Positions 9,296-26,114 are shown, counted from the first letter of the stretch. The stretch is DNA of 64,000 nucleotides from an uncultured Gemmatimonadales bacterium (GCA_963701965.1 OY969695.1:1472001-1536000), one strand, 5' to 3'. Notes: generated by a model not told the origin, from the letters alone. Program-made: numbers and translations.

Positions 9296-10761
9296 TCATT
9301 GTCCGCGTGCCCAATGCAGGGCCGTGTCGACCGCGGCGGCCCAACCGGCCGCGCCGTCCCGCGCCGCGCCCTGCCCCGCCCCCGGCGCGAATCGCGTGAA
9401 CCGCCGACCGGCCAGGAACTCGTCCGCGGAACGCCACACGCCCGTGGCCAATCCGGCGAGGCCCGCGGCGCCGGCGGCGGTCGTCTCGACCATGTCCGGG
9501 CGCTCAACGGTCATCCCCAGGACATCGGCCTGAAACTGCATCAACCAGTCGTTGAGGGCGGCGCCGCCGTCGACCCGCAACGTCTCCCGGTGCGCGTGCA
9601 TCGCGGCCAGCACGTCGGCCGTGGCGTAGGCCATGGCTTCCAGCGCCGCGCGAACAATGTGCGCCTTGGTGGTTCCGCGGGTCAGGCCGACGATCGTGCC
9701 GCGGGCCCGCGACTCCCAATGGGGTGCGCCAAGGCCGGTCAACGCCGGGACGAAATACACGCCGTCGGTCGAACCGACGCTTCGCGCCAGCGTCTCGGTC
9801 TCGGCCGCCGAGCCGATCAGACCGAGCCCATCACGGAGCCACTGCACGGCGGCGCCGGCGATGAAAATGGCCGCCTCGCTGGCGTAGCATGCGTCGCCGC
9901 GCGCGTCGCAGGCCAGCGTGGCCAGCAGGCCGCCATCGGCAGTCGGGCGCACGGTGCCCGTGTTGACGAGAAGAAACGCACCCGTGCCGTAGGTGACCTT
10001 GCCCGCGCCCGGCGTATGGCATCCTTGGCCGAAGAGCGCGGCCTGCTGATCGCCGGCGATCCCGGCGATCGGGATCGCGGCGCCGAACAGCGCCGGGTCA
10101 GTCGTGCCAAATGGTCCCGCCGACGGGCGTACTTCGGCCAACGCGCGGGTCGGCACGCCGATCAGCTCGCCGAGCGGCGCGCTCCATGTGCGCTTGTCGA
10201 TGTCGAACACCATCGTGCGCGAGGCGTTCGTGGGCTCGGTGGCGTAGACGCGGCCGCCAGTCAGGTTCCAGAGGAGCCACGTGTCGACGGTGCCAATGCG
10301 CACGTCGCCGGCGGCCGCCCGCCCACGCCACCCGTGGTGGTCGAGCAGCCACGCCATCTTCGTACCCGAGAAATACGGATCGAGCGTGAGGCCGGTACCG
10401 GACTGGATCATCCGGGCGTGAGGCCCGAGCGCGGCGACCGCCGGGGCGGTCCGCCGATCCTGCCAGACGATCGCCTTGGGCGCCATCGCCGGGGCCGCCG
10501 GGTCCCAGGCGACAACGGTCTCGCGCTGATTCGTCAGGCCGAGCGCGCGGATCGCATCGGGCCGCACTCCCGCGCGCTCGATCGCCTCGCGACCCGCGAG
10601 CACTGTGCGCTCGAACAGCTCGGTGGGATCGTGCTCGACCCAGCCGGGCTGGGGAAAGTGCTGCGTGATCTCGCGGTAGCCCCGACCTACCACGCGCGCT
10701 GCCTCGTCGAACACGAGGGCGGTGCTTCCGGTCGTCCCCTGATCCAGGGCGAGAACGTAGC

Positions 10762-10765
<4 letters not shown>
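9296..10765 (-). CDS. glpK: Glycerol kinase
   Basis: LALDQGTTGS, TNQRET, WQDRRT, DPYFSGTK, GDQQAALFGQ, KVTYGTGAF. GTG start overlaps the mtnA stop. Confidence 0.93.
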
Positions 10766-11763
<998 letters not shown>

Positions 11764-11772
11764 GGCCGTAAT

Positions 11773-12801
11773 CTATTGCTTGCTACGCCGCGAGCCGCTG
11801 GCGCGCCGCCGCCGCTCCGGAAAGTATTCCTCGAGAAATGCCGCGAGCGCCGCTTCCTCCCGCGTGCACCGGGCGAGCAAACGGCACGGGCCGGTGAGAT
11901 ACGGCACGATCGTGGCCCCGTGATCCAGATACTCGGCGATCACGATCGGGTGAACGTACGATTTTCGGCTGATGGCCGGCGTGTTGCCCAACTCCTGCGC
12001 GACGACGCGGATCGCGGCCACGACGTTGTGTTTGGCCAGGCGATCGCTGGCCGCCGGCCCGGCCGCGGCCAACGCCACGGCACACGCGAGCGTGCCGCCC
12101 CACGTCCGAAAGTCCTTGGCGGTGTATGGGACGTTCACCAACTCGCGGAGATAGCGATTGACGTCCCGCGCCGACAGGTCGCACCACCCGTCGCCGCTCT
12201 CGTACCGAAAGAGATGCCGGCCCGGAGCGCGGCGCAGGCCCGCGATGAACGTCGCGAGCTGCCGGTCCCGGACGCTGTGGCGCTGGGGGATGGCCCGCTT
12301 GCCGCGGTAGTGGAGGGTGACACAATCGCCCGCGACCGAGACGTGGGTTTTCCGCAAGGTGGTCGCCCCGTAGGACTTGTTCTCCCGTTCGTATCGCTCA
12401 CTGCCGACGCGGAGATACCCTTCGGCGATGAGGCGCACGACGGCGGCGGAGACCCGCGTGCGCGTGTACCCCTCGCCGCGGAGATCGGCGGCGAGACGCT
12501 TGCGGATGGTCGGCAGATGGGCGCCGAGCCGGGCGATCCGGTGAAATTTTCGCAGCGCCCCGCGGGCAACGGCTCGGGGATGGTAGCGATACTGCCTCCG
12601 TCCCCTCGCGTCGAACCCCCACGCCTGGATGGCGGATCGCGCATTGACGGCGATGTGGACATCGCGGTAGGCCGGCGGGATGCGCAGGGCATCGATCCGC
12701 GCCAGCGTGCCGCGATCGCGCACCGGACGGTCGCCAGGCTGGGTGTATCGAAATCCGGAAAGCGCCGTTCCCGTGCGGGTGATCCACTGTCGTTCGGCCA
12801 T
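11773..12801 (-). CDS. DNA topoisomerase IB (bacterial, poxvirus-like)
   Basis: IPPAYRDV, GRRQYRYHP, YLRVGSERY, YTAKDFRTWGGT, LGNTPAISRKSYVHP (catalytic Tyr). Start MAERQW at 12801. Confidence 0.93.
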   Translation of the reverse strand: MAERQWITRTGTALSGFRYTQPGDRPVRDRGTLARIDALRIPPAYRDVHIAVNARSAIQAWGFDARGRRQYRYHPRAVARGALRKFHRIARLGAHLPTIRKRLAADLRGEGYTRTRVSAAVVRLIAEGYLRVGSERYERENKSYGATTLRKTHVSVAGDCVTLHYRGKRAIPQRHSVRDRQLATFIAGLRRAPGRHLFRYESGDGWCDLSARDVNRYLRELVNVPYTAKDFRTWGGTLACAVALAAAGPAASDRLAKHNVVAAIRVVAQELGNTPAISRKSYVHPIVIAEYLDHGATIVPYLTGPCRLLARCTREEAALAAFLEEYFPERRRRASGSRRSKQ

Positions 12802-12870
12802 GTGGGCGAAACAGCAGGCAAATGGCGTGCCGCGATGGCGCTCTGCGACGGCGCGGTTAGATTCTTTGGC

Positions 12871-13650
12871 GTGCCGCACCAATCTGTTCTTTCCACCGTC
12901 GCCGAGCGGATCGCCACGATCACGCTCAACCGTCCCGACAAGCTGAACGCGCTCAACCACGTCACGATCAGCGAGTTGGGCACCGCGATCGCCGAGGCGC
13001 GCGCCGATCCGCTGGTCGGGGGCATCATCTTGACCGGCGCCGGCCGGGGATTCGCCGCGGGCGCCGACATCAGCGAGCTGAAAGGCTTGACCGCCGTGGA
13101 GGCCCAGGCGACGTCGGAGCGCGGCCAGCGCGTTTTCCGCGCGTTCGAGACATCGCCCAAGCCGGTCATTGCGGCCGTCAACGGGTTCGCGTTAGGCGGC
13201 GGGTGTGAGCTCTGCATGGCGTGCCACATTCGGATCGCGGCCGAAGCGGCCAAGTTCGGGCAGCCCGAGGTCAAGCTGGGGCTCGTGCCGGGGTACGGGG
13301 GCACCCAGCGCTTGCCGCGCCTGGTGGGCGCCGGACGCGCTTTGCACCTACTCCTGACGGGCGAGACCATCGACGCGGCGGAAGCGCTGCGCATCGGCCT
13401 CGTCACGCGCGTCGTGCCAGGCGAGAGCTTGGAGGCCACGGCGCGGGATGTCATGAAGCAGATCCTGGCCAACGGCCCGTTGGCGCTGGGCCTCTCGATC
13501 GACGCCGTGCACCGGGGACTGGGCATGGCGTTGGACGATGGGCTGACGCTGGAGTCGAGCTATTTCGGCACGCTGGCGGCATCGGCCGACGCCGCGGAAG
13601 GCACCGGAGCTTTTCTCGAGAAACGCGCGCCACGCTTTGCCGGCCGCTAG
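12871..13650 (+). CDS. Enoyl-CoA hydratase/crotonase family protein
   Basis: ITLNRPDKLNALN, FAAGADISE, AVNGFALGGGCEL, FGQPEVKLGLVPGYGGTQRLPRLVG. GTG start 7 nt after TAGATT. Confidence 0.93.
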   Translation: MPHQSVLSTVAERIATITLNRPDKLNALNHVTISELGTAIAEARADPLVGGIILTGAGRGFAAGADISELKGLTAVEAQATSERGQRVFRAFETSPKPVIAAVNGFALGGGCELCMACHIRIAAEAAKFGQPEVKLGLVPGYGGTQRLPRLVGAGRALHLLLTGETIDAAEALRIGLVTRVVPGESLEATARDVMKQILANGPLALGLSIDAVHRGLGMALDDGLTLESSYFGTLAASADAAEGTGAFLEKRAPRFAGR

Positions 13651-13661
13651 GGCGCTCGGGG

Positions 13662-14744
13662 GTGTGGCTCCGGCATCTCGAGATTCGGGACTTTCGGAAC
13701 CTCGCCCGGATCGCGGTCGATGTGCCGCGTGATGGCCTCGCGGTGATCGGGGACAACGGGCACGGGAAGACCAGCCTCCTCGAGGCCATCTACTATCTGC
13801 ATCTCTTACGGTCCGTGCGGGGCGCGCGCGACGTGGACGTCGTCCGCTTTGGCGCGCCCGCGTTTCACGTGCGCGGGGAGACCGAGCGCCGATCCGTCGG
13901 CGTGGGATACGAGCGCGTCGGCAAGCGCAAGCGGGTGACGCTCGACGGCGTGGAGCCGGGGCGGCTGACTGACGCATTGGGGGCCGTGGCATCGGTGATG
14001 TTCTCACCCGCCGACGTCGCGCTCGTGCGCGGCGCGCCGTCCGAGCGCCGCCGCTATCTGGACATCATGCTCGGCGTCACGTCGCCGCCGTACCTGCGCG
14101 CGCTGCAGGGGTACCGGGCGGCGCTGGCCCGTCGGAACGCGGCACTGCGGGCGGGCGGCGTCGCCCACGTCGCGGTCTGGGAACAGCCGCTCGCCGAGCA
14201 CGGCGCCGTCATCTGGACCGAGCGCGCGGCGTGGGTCCAGCGCTCGGCGCCGGCGCTCACGCGCCTGGCGGCCGCTGTCGGGGAAGACGCCCCAGTCACG
14301 ATGCGATATCAGAGCGCCGTTCACGCGAACGGCGAGCGCATCGAGATGACGTTAGTCAAAGCGCTGGCCGAAGGGCGCGCGCATGACCTCAGGCGAGGGC
14401 TGACGCAGACGGGCGTACATCGGGACGACCTGGTCCTGACGTTGGGCGGGCACGACATCCGGATCTTCGGCTCGGCGGGACAACAGCGCACCGTGGCGAT
14501 CGCGCTGCGCATGCTCGAAGCCGACACACTCCGCGGGCACGTGGGAACGGCGCCGCTCTTCCTGCTCGACGATCCGTTCGCCGAGCTGGACGGAGACCGG
14601 GCGCAGCGGATCCTCGCGCTGTTGCGCGATCGGGGGGATAGACAGACTGTTCTCACCGTTCCCCGGGCGACGGATATCCCGCCCGAGTTGACGAACCTCG
14701 AGCAATGGCGAGTCGTGGCGGGCGCCGTGATGCGGGCGGGCTGA
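13662..14744 (+). CDS. recF: DNA replication and repair protein RecF
   Basis: LEIRDFRNL, GDNGHGKTSLLEAI, PSERRRYLD, GVHRDDL, GSAGQQRT, LLDDPFAELD. Confidence 0.95.
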   Translation: MWLRHLEIRDFRNLARIAVDVPRDGLAVIGDNGHGKTSLLEAIYYLHLLRSVRGARDVDVVRFGAPAFHVRGETERRSVGVGYERVGKRKRVTLDGVEPGRLTDALGAVASVMFSPADVALVRGAPSERRRYLDIMLGVTSPPYLRALQGYRAALARRNAALRAGGVAHVAVWEQPLAEHGAVIWTERAAWVQRSAPALTRLAAAVGEDAPVTMRYQSAVHANGERIEMTLVKALAEGRAHDLRRGLTQTGVHRDDLVLTLGGHDIRIFGSAGQQRTVAIALRMLEADTLRGHVGTAPLFLLDDPFAELDGDRAQRILALLRDRGDRQTVLTVPRATDIPPELTNLEQWRVVAGAVMRAG

Positions 14745-14747
14745 CCC

Positions 14748-15038
14748 ATGGACAAGATCGGAGACGTGCTTGCCGACTACCTGCGCACGTCCGGCTTGGC
14801 GGAGCGCGTCGAGCAAGCGGGCGTGATCCCGGAATGGCCCAGGTTGGTGGGTCGGGAGATCGCGGCCGTGACCGTGCCGCTCCTGGTGACGGCCGACGGG
14901 ACGCTTTTTGTCGGGGTCGCGTCGAACCCCTGGATGACCGAATTATCACTCATGGAACCTCAGCTGTTGGCGTCCTTGAACGGGGCGAATGTCGACCGTC
15001 CACCCATCGTGAGGATCCGCTATCAGATACGCGGATAA
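14748..15038 (+). CDS. DUF721/DciA family protein
   Basis: Located between recF and gyrB. WPRLVGREIA...GTLFVGVASNPWMTELSL pattern. Confidence 0.85.
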   Translation: MDKIGDVLADYLRTSGLAERVEQAGVIPEWPRLVGREIAAVTVPLLVTADGTLFVGVASNPWMTELSLMEPQLLASLNGANVDRPPIVRIRYQIRG

Positions 15039-15052
15039 TTCGTTGCAAATAA

Positions 15053-17264
<2,212 letters not shown>

Positions 17265-17267
17265 GCG

Positions 17268-18596
17268 CTAAGTATACGGCGCGATGCCCGCGGCGGTGAT
17301 CCGGTGGCTCACCAGCGGCAGATACGGTTCCGGCGCGTCGGTGATGCGAATCGCCTGGCCGAGCACGGCACGCCCGACATCGAGTCCGGCCGCGTCGCGC
17401 GCGTGGATCGTGGCCAGCGGTTGTCCGGCCTCGACGCGGTCGCCGGGCTTGATGCCGATCACGAACCCGACGGTCGGATCGATCCCGTCGCTGGTGCGGG
17501 TGCGGCCACCGCCCAGCGCCGTGATGCCGCGGCCGATGGCCCGTGGCTCGATACCGGCGATGTATCCGGCCGCCGGCGCATCGTAGCGTTCGGTCACCGG
17601 CGCCTGCGGTAGCACGGCCGGGTCGTCGACGACGCCAGGGTTTCCTCCCTGGGCCTCGATGATCTCCTGGAACTTGCGCGCCGCCGCGCCCGACGCGATC
17701 GCGTCCTGCAACAGGTCGAGCGCTCCGGCCCGATCCGCCGCGGCGCCCCCGAGCAGCAGCATCTCGGCGCCGAGCGCGTACGTGACCGTCATGAGATCGG
17801 CCGGTCCCTCGCCGGTAAGCGCGAGGATCGCTTCCTCGGTCTCGAGGACGACGCCGCAGGCGCGCCCCAGCGGGCGGTCCATCGCCGTGACGAGGGCGAC
17901 GACCGGACAGGCCTGGGTCGCGCCGAGCGCGATCATGCCCTGGGCCAGGGCGAGCCCATCGTCGAGCGACGGCAGAAACGCGCCCGACCCCCTTGTGATG
18001 TCGAGCACGAGTCCGCTCAGCCCTTCCGCGAGTTTCTTGCTCATGATGCTGGCCGCGATGAGCGGGATCGACTCCACCGTGGCCGTCGCATCGCGGAGCG
18101 CGTACAGCAGCCGGTCCGCGGGGGCCAGCTCAGCCGTCTGCCCCATGAGCACGCACCCCACGCGATCCAGCTGCGCCGCCGCCTCGGCGAGCGTCAGATC
18201 GGTCCGAAACCCGGGAATGGCTTCCAGCTTGTCGAGCGTCCCGCCCGTGTGCCCGAGACTGCGGCCCGAGATCATGGGGACGGTGACCCCGAGGGCGGCG
18301 ACGAGGGGCGCCAGGACGAGCGACACTTTGTCCCCCACCCCGCCGGTCGAGTGCTTGTCCACCCGGCAGCCGCGCCGGCCGCCGAGCATCGCGCCCGTGA
18401 CGCGCATCGCGTCGGTCAGCGCCGCCGTCTCGACCGCGTCCAGTCCATTCAGAAACGCCGCCATAAGCAGCGCCGCCATCTGGTAGTCGGGCACGCCGCC
18501 TGCGACGTAGTCCCGGATGAGCTCATGCCACTCGAGTGGCGCGATGCCGCCCCGGTCGCGCTTGCGCTCGATCAGCCTCAGGGGAAGTATGCTCAT
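17268..18596 (-). CDS. deoA: Thymidine/pyrimidine-nucleoside phosphorylase
   Basis: IERKRD, PDYQMAALLMA, DKHSTGGVGDK, SGRSLGHTGGTLDKLEAIPG, LIAASIMSKKLAEG. Confidence 0.93.
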   Translation of the reverse strand: MSILPLRLIERKRDRGGIAPLEWHELIRDYVAGGVPDYQMAALLMAAFLNGLDAVETAALTDAMRVTGAMLGGRRGCRVDKHSTGGVGDKVSLVLAPLVAALGVTVPMISGRSLGHTGGTLDKLEAIPGFRTDLTLAEAAAQLDRVGCVLMGQTAELAPADRLLYALRDATATVESIPLIAASIMSKKLAEGLSGLVLDITRGSGAFLPSLDDGLALAQGMIALGATQACPVVALVTAMDRPLGRACGVVLETEEAILALTGEGPADLMTVTYALGAEMLLLGGAAADRAGALDLLQDAIASGAAARKFQEIIEAQGGNPGVVDDPAVLPQAPVTERYDAPAAGYIAGIEPRAIGRGITALGGGRTRTSDGIDPTVGFVIGIKPGDRVEAGQPLATIHARDAAGLDVGRAVLGQAIRITDAPEPYLPLVSHRITAAGIAPYT

Positions 18597-18607
18597 TGAC
18601 GACCGCA

Positions 18608-19423
18608 ATGGCGGCCCGTAGCTTGGCGCCGCGTATGGGCTCGCGTTGGCCCCACACCATTTTCGGGTCGGCTGTCGCCGTCATCGTCTTTGCCCTTCCT
18701 CGCGCCGTTGTCGGACAGGACACGACCCGCCGCAACAGCAACATCGTCCTCGGCGACAGCCTGTACGCCGCGCGAAACGCATCGGCGGCCCTCGCCGATT
18801 ACGAGGCGGCGATCGCCGTCGACTCGCTCGACTACGAGGCGTTGTGGAAGGCGGCCCGGAGCGCGGTGGATCTGGGAGAGTTCGACCCCGACGAGCCGCA
18901 CCGGATCGCGCTGTTCCAGAAAGCCAGTGCCTACGCGCGGCGCGCCGTCGCGATGCATCCAGACAGCGCCACACCCCATTTTCACTTGGCCCGCGCCTTG
19001 GGGCGCGAGGCCCAGACGTACGGTCCGGGAAAGAAAGTGAAATACGCGAAGGAGGTGCGGGCCGAGGCGCTGGCGGCGCTGGCGATCGACTCCACGAACC
19101 CGGGAGCGCTGCACGTGATGGGAGTCTGGAACGCCGAGATCATGCGGTTGAGCGGGTTCTCCCGATTCATGGCCAAGAATTTTCTGGGCGGCGGCATCTT
19201 CGACCAGGCGAGCTGGAAAAGCGCGATCGACTACATGCAGCGGTCCGTCGCCAGTGACCCGAAACGGATCGTGCACCACCTGGATTTGGGCAAGATTTAT
19301 CAAGACACGGACGATCGACCGAAGGCAAAAGCCGAGTATCAGTTCGTCATCGACGCACCGATGACGGACTATAATGACCCCCACTATCAGGATGACGCTC
19401 GAGCGCGTCTCGCAAAATGGTAA
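18608..19423 (+). CDS. Exported TPR-like helical-repeat protein
   Basis: Signal-like hydrophobic stretch, then helical repeats (ALWKAARSAVDLGE, HFHLARALGR, HHLDLGKIY). Start 18608 or 18635. Confidence 0.75.
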   Translation: MAARSLAPRMGSRWPHTIFGSAVAVIVFALPRAVVGQDTTRRNSNIVLGDSLYAARNASAALADYEAAIAVDSLDYEALWKAARSAVDLGEFDPDEPHRIALFQKASAYARRAVAMHPDSATPHFHLARALGREAQTYGPGKKVKYAKEVRAEALAALAIDSTNPGALHVMGVWNAEIMRLSGFSRFMAKNFLGGGIFDQASWKSAIDYMQRSVASDPKRIVHHLDLGKIYQDTDDRPKAKAEYQFVIDAPMTDYNDPHYQDDARARLAKW

Positions 19424-19553
19424 GAAACTTGCGGATATGGGAGACGGTTCCGACCGCCATTGGGCGGCAGGACAGGGGCGAGTCCCACGTCTCGTTGCAT
19501 CCTCGGGAGTGCAAGTGCAAGCCTCTCAACTTGTTGCAGCTACCGGTCCGCGC

Positions 19554-19943
19554 ATGAGCGCCAACGGGAAAACGGTTCTCCTCGTGGAGGACAACGAAGA
19601 CAATCGTATCGTCTATTCGACGATCCTCCGGCATTTCGGCTATCGCGTGATGGAGGCCTTGAACGGCGAGGAGGGGATTGCCAAGGCGAGAGCGGAGCGC
19701 CCCGATCTCATTTTGATGGATATCTCGATCCCCATTATCGACGGTTGGGAAGCGACGCAGGTGCTCAAGCACGACCCGGATACGCACAACATCCCGATCA
19801 TTGCGCTGACCGCCCATGCGCTCGCGTCGGATCGGGAAAAGGCAATGGAGGTCGGGTGCGATGGATACCTGGCCAAGCCCTGCGAGCCGCGCGCCGTGGT
19901 CGCCGAGGTCCAGCGCTTTCTCGGAAAAATCGAGACGGTGTAG
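19554..19943 (+). CDS. Single-domain response regulator, DivK-like
   Basis: VLLVEDNEDN, PDLILMDISIPIIDGWEAT, IPIIALTAHA, GCDGYLAKP. Confidence 0.93.
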   Translation: MSANGKTVLLVEDNEDNRIVYSTILRHFGYRVMEALNGEEGIAKARAERPDLILMDISIPIIDGWEATQVLKHDPDTHNIPIIALTAHALASDREKAMEVGCDGYLAKPCEPRAVVAEVQRFLGKIETV

Positions 19944-20941
19944 CGGTATGGCGGGACAGCGGCGCGACGTCCACATCCTGATCGTGGACGACCACCCGGA
20001 CAACGTCGACCTACTGCGTGACCGTCTGGAGGCCCGGGGTTACGGCACGCTGGTCGCCCGCGATGGAGAAGAGGCGCTGGCGGCCGCCGGGGTTCTCGGA
20101 CCGCCGCCGGATGGCGTGCTGCCCGATCTGATCCTGCTCGACGTCATGCTCCCCAAGGTCGACGGGATCGAGGTGGCGCGGCGGATCAAGGCCAGCAAGG
20201 CCCTGCCCTTCACGCCGATCATCATGCAGACCGCGCTCGACTCCACCCAGGACAAGGTTCTGGGACTCAATGCCGGCGCCGACGACTACATCACGAAGCC
20301 GATCAACTTCGCCGAGTTGGAGGCGCGGGTCCGGTCGCTGCTCCGGATCAAGTCGCTGCAGGACGAGGTCGAGCGCCAGTCACGCGAGCTGTCGACGATG
20401 AACGACCAGTTGCGCCGGATCTCGCAGACCGACCCGCTCACCGAGATCGACAACCGTCGCTATATCGAGGAACGCCTCGAGGAAACGTTCGCGCACGCCA
20501 AGCGCCTCCAGGAGCCGTTCTCGTGCATCATGTGCGATCTCGACAAATTCAAGAGCGTCAATGATACGCACGGGCACCAGGCGGGGGACGCGGTGCTCCG
20601 CCAGCTCGCCCAGATCCTGAAAGTCGAAGCCCGCGAAATCGACCGGGTGGGCCGGTACGGCGGCGAGGAGTTCATGCTCCTCCTGCCCGGGGCCGCCCCG
20701 GAAGTCGCGGTGAGCTTGGCGGAAAGGGTGCGGAAATCGGTGGAGCAACATACATTTGCGTTCGAAGGCGGCAGCGTCCGACGCACGATCAGTTGCGGCG
20801 TGGCCGGGTGGCCACACCATTTGATCGGCAACGTCGACGCTCTGGTGCGCGCCGCCGACAACGCCTTGTATGTCGCAAAGGAGACGGGCCGGAACCTCGT
20901 CATCCGCTTCGACAGCCCGGAATATCTCTCTCATATCGCCC

Positions 20942-23766
<2,825 letters not shown>

Positions 23767-23785
23767 GTCTGGTTAGGTTAACCCC

Positions 23786-24348
23786 ATGTCACAGTCTCTC
23801 GATCTCGCCCATCACCGAATGCTGGCGCTCACCCGCGCCTCGCTGGCGGCGCTGCGCGCGGCCCTCGTGCGGGACGCCGGCCCGGCGGCCGCCACGTATC
23901 TCCAGGAAGCCGGGTATGCCGGCGGCGAGCAGCTCTTCGCGTCCTTCACGTCCTGGCTCGAAGCCCGGGGGATCGGGGCGCCCGAGGACCTGGACCTGCC
24001 ATCGTTCGAGCAGCAGGCGACCGAATACTTCCGCGATGCCGGCTGGGGGTCGCTGGCGATCGGCACCCTACGCGACGCCGTGGCCACGCTCGATTCATCC
24101 GACTGGGGCGAGGCCGACCCGGCGGCGCATCTCGATCATCCCGGGTGCTATCTGACCACCGGCATGTTTGCCGAGTTCTTCGGCCGCATCGCGGACCACC
24201 CGCTGGCCGTCCTGGAAGTCGAGTGCCGTTCCGCGGGCGCCCCGCGGTGCCGATTCCTGATCGGCAACGCGGAGGTCATGGGACACGTGTACGACGAGAA
24301 TGGGCGTGGGGCGGAGCTACGAGAATGGCCGTCGAGGCCGTGGAGTAG
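23786..24348 (+). pseudogene. V4R (4-vinyl-reductase) domain protein; two +1 insertions near the 3' end (likely sequencing errors)
   Basis: GWGSL, GCYLTTGMFAEFF, LEVECRSAGAPRCRFLIG. Deleting one A at about 24299 and one at about 24324 gives HVYDEMGVGRSYEMAVEAVE-stop at 24348 and removes the 500-nt antisense overlap. Confidence 0.8.
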
Positions 24349-24364
24349 GGCGACTCCGGTACGG

Positions 24365-24880
24365 TTACAACCCCTCGTACATCGGGTTGGGCAACAGCTC
24401 GCCGTCCACGAGAACTTCCCGGTCCCAGGGGAGTACGATCGTGCTCTCGGTCGCAAGCGCGTAGAAATCCGGCTCATAGCTGCCTGTCTTGAAGCTCACC
24501 GCCGTCCGCACGGTGGACGCGCCCGCGTTCACGATGGCCGCGACGGCGAGGCGCATGGTGGCCCCGGAATCGCACGTCTCATCGACGATCAGCACGCGGC
24601 GCCCGCGCACTTCGGGCGGTGCCGCCCCCAGCACCGCGGGCGTCTCCCGCACCGTTTGCGCCTTGTATCGCCGGCTGACCATGATCGAATGAAACTCGCG
24701 ATCCAGGATCGCCGAGACCACGGCGGCCGGCACGACGCCGGCCGTCGCCACGCCGACCACCAGCTCCGGGTCGTAGGCGCGCGAGACCTTCAGCGCCAGC
24801 GCGCGGGACAGCTCGCCGAAGAAAGGCCATTCAATGTGCATGACCCCCTTCGTATGGTCGACGACATATCGGCGCGGCAT
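24365..24880 (-). CDS. Type I phosphoribosyltransferase family protein
   Basis: PRPP-binding loop VLIVDETCDSGATM, VVGVATAGVVPA, IVLPWD. Confidence 0.9.
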   Translation of the reverse strand: MPRRYVVDHTKGVMHIEWPFFGELSRALALKVSRAYDPELVVGVATAGVVPAAVVSAILDREFHSIMVSRRYKAQTVRETPAVLGAAPPEVRGRRVLIVDETCDSGATMRLAVAAIVNAGASTVRTAVSFKTGSYEPDFYALATESTIVLPWDREVLVDGELLPNPMYEGL

Positions 24881-24915
24881 GGTGTATAAGCTATCCGCTC
24901 CCTACCTTTGGCACT

Positions 24916-25347
24916 ATGTCCTGGTTGAGCCGTCTGCTCGGCAAGCCCGACGGGCCCAAGCCACAGCGCCTGGACTATCTGAGCGAGGCGTTGGCGCTCG
25001 AACGCCAGGGCGACTTCGACGCCGCGCTGACGTCGTACCAACTGGCGCTGCGCGACCAACCGAACGACCATCGCGTGCTGCAAAACCTGGCGATCGCGTA
25101 CTCCAAGACCGGCCGCTTGGAGGACGCCGTCCGTTGCTATCGCCGGGCCCTGGAGGTCCAGCCGCAGCTCGCCGGCGCCCACTACGGCCTCGCCTTCCTG
25201 CTGCTCAAGCGCGGCGACCGGGAAGGCGCCGAGAAGCATCTGCACCGATTCCTCGAGCATCGGCCGCACGGCGCGGAGGCCGACCGGTGGGTGAAGCACG
25301 CCGAGGAAACTCTCGACGGCATGCGGTTGAACCCCGAGAGCGCCTAG
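24916..25347 (+). CDS. Tetratricopeptide repeat protein
   Basis: Three TPRs (VLQNLAIAYSKTGRLEDAVRCYRRALEVQP, AHYGLAFLLLKRGD). N-terminal amphipathic MSWLSRLLG. Confidence 0.9.
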   Translation: MSWLSRLLGKPDGPKPQRLDYLSEALALERQGDFDAALTSYQLALRDQPNDHRVLQNLAIAYSKTGRLEDAVRCYRRALEVQPQLAGAHYGLAFLLLKRGDREGAEKHLHRFLEHRPHGAEADRWVKHAEETLDGMRLNPESA

Positions 25348-26114
25348 TGGGCAACGTGCTCGCCGTCGTCAGCCAAAAGGGCGGCGTCGGCAAGACGACG
25401 ACGGCCGTCAATCTCGCCGCGGCGTTCGCCCGCCGCGGACTCAAGACGCTCATCGTCGACGTCGATCCCCAGGGGTCGGTGCGGTTTGGAGCCGGCTTGC
25501 GCCGCGGCGCGCCCAGCTACGGGTTTTTCGAATACCTGCACGGCCAACGCAAGCTGCGCGAGATCATTCTCCCCACGCAGTTGCCCTGGCTCCGCGTGAT
25601 GCTGGTGGGGACCGTGTCGGACATGGCGAACCACTCGGACTATCAGCATATGGTCGCCGACACGAACATGTTGCACAATGTCCTGGCCGAAGCGCGGGCG
25701 CGCTGCGACATCGTGATTGTCGACACGCCGCCGGGCCTGGGGCCGGTCGTGCGGCGCACGCTGGAGGCCAGCCAGCACGTCGTCGTGCCGCTGCAATGCG
25801 AGCCGCTGGCGCTCCAGACGACGCCCCAGATCCTGCGGGCGATCCAGGACATCGTGGCCTGCAACCCCGAGCTCACGCTGGACGGCATCCTGCTCACAAT
25901 GTACGAGCCGGCGAGCGCCGCGTGCATCCGGGTCGCCGACTACGTGCGCAAGCACCTGCCGGCGAACATGGTGTTCGATACCGTGGTGCCCCGCACGGTC
26001 GCCGCCGCCAATGCGTTCGCCGCGGGCCAACCGGTCGTGCTCCGGACCCCCGCCGACGCCGCCGCGCAGTCCTACGTCAATCTGGCAACGCTGCTGGCCG
26101 AACGGTTCGCATGA
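25347..26114 (+). CDS. ParA/Soj family ATPase (orphan)
   Basis: Deviant Walker A SQKGGVGKTTTAVNLA, VDVDPQG, IVIVDTPPGL, VPLQCEPLA, GILLTMY. GTG overlaps the TPR stop. Confidence 0.93.
   Translation: MGNVLAVVSQKGGVGKTTTAVNLAAAFARRGLKTLIVDVDPQGSVRFGAGLRRGAPSYGFFEYLHGQRKLREIILPTQLPWLRVMLVGTVSDMANHSDYQHMVADTNMLHNVLAEARARCDIVIVDTPPGLGPVVRRTLEASQHVVVPLQCEPLALQTTPQILRAIQDIVACNPELTLDGILLTMYEPASAACIRVADYVRKHLPANMVFDTVVPRTVAAANAFAAGQPVVLRTPADAAAQSYVNLATLLAERFA

Noticed and set aside
24349..24889. C-terminal extension of the V4R ORF (367 aa)
   Set aside because: It arises from frameshifts and lies fully antisense to the PRTase gene.
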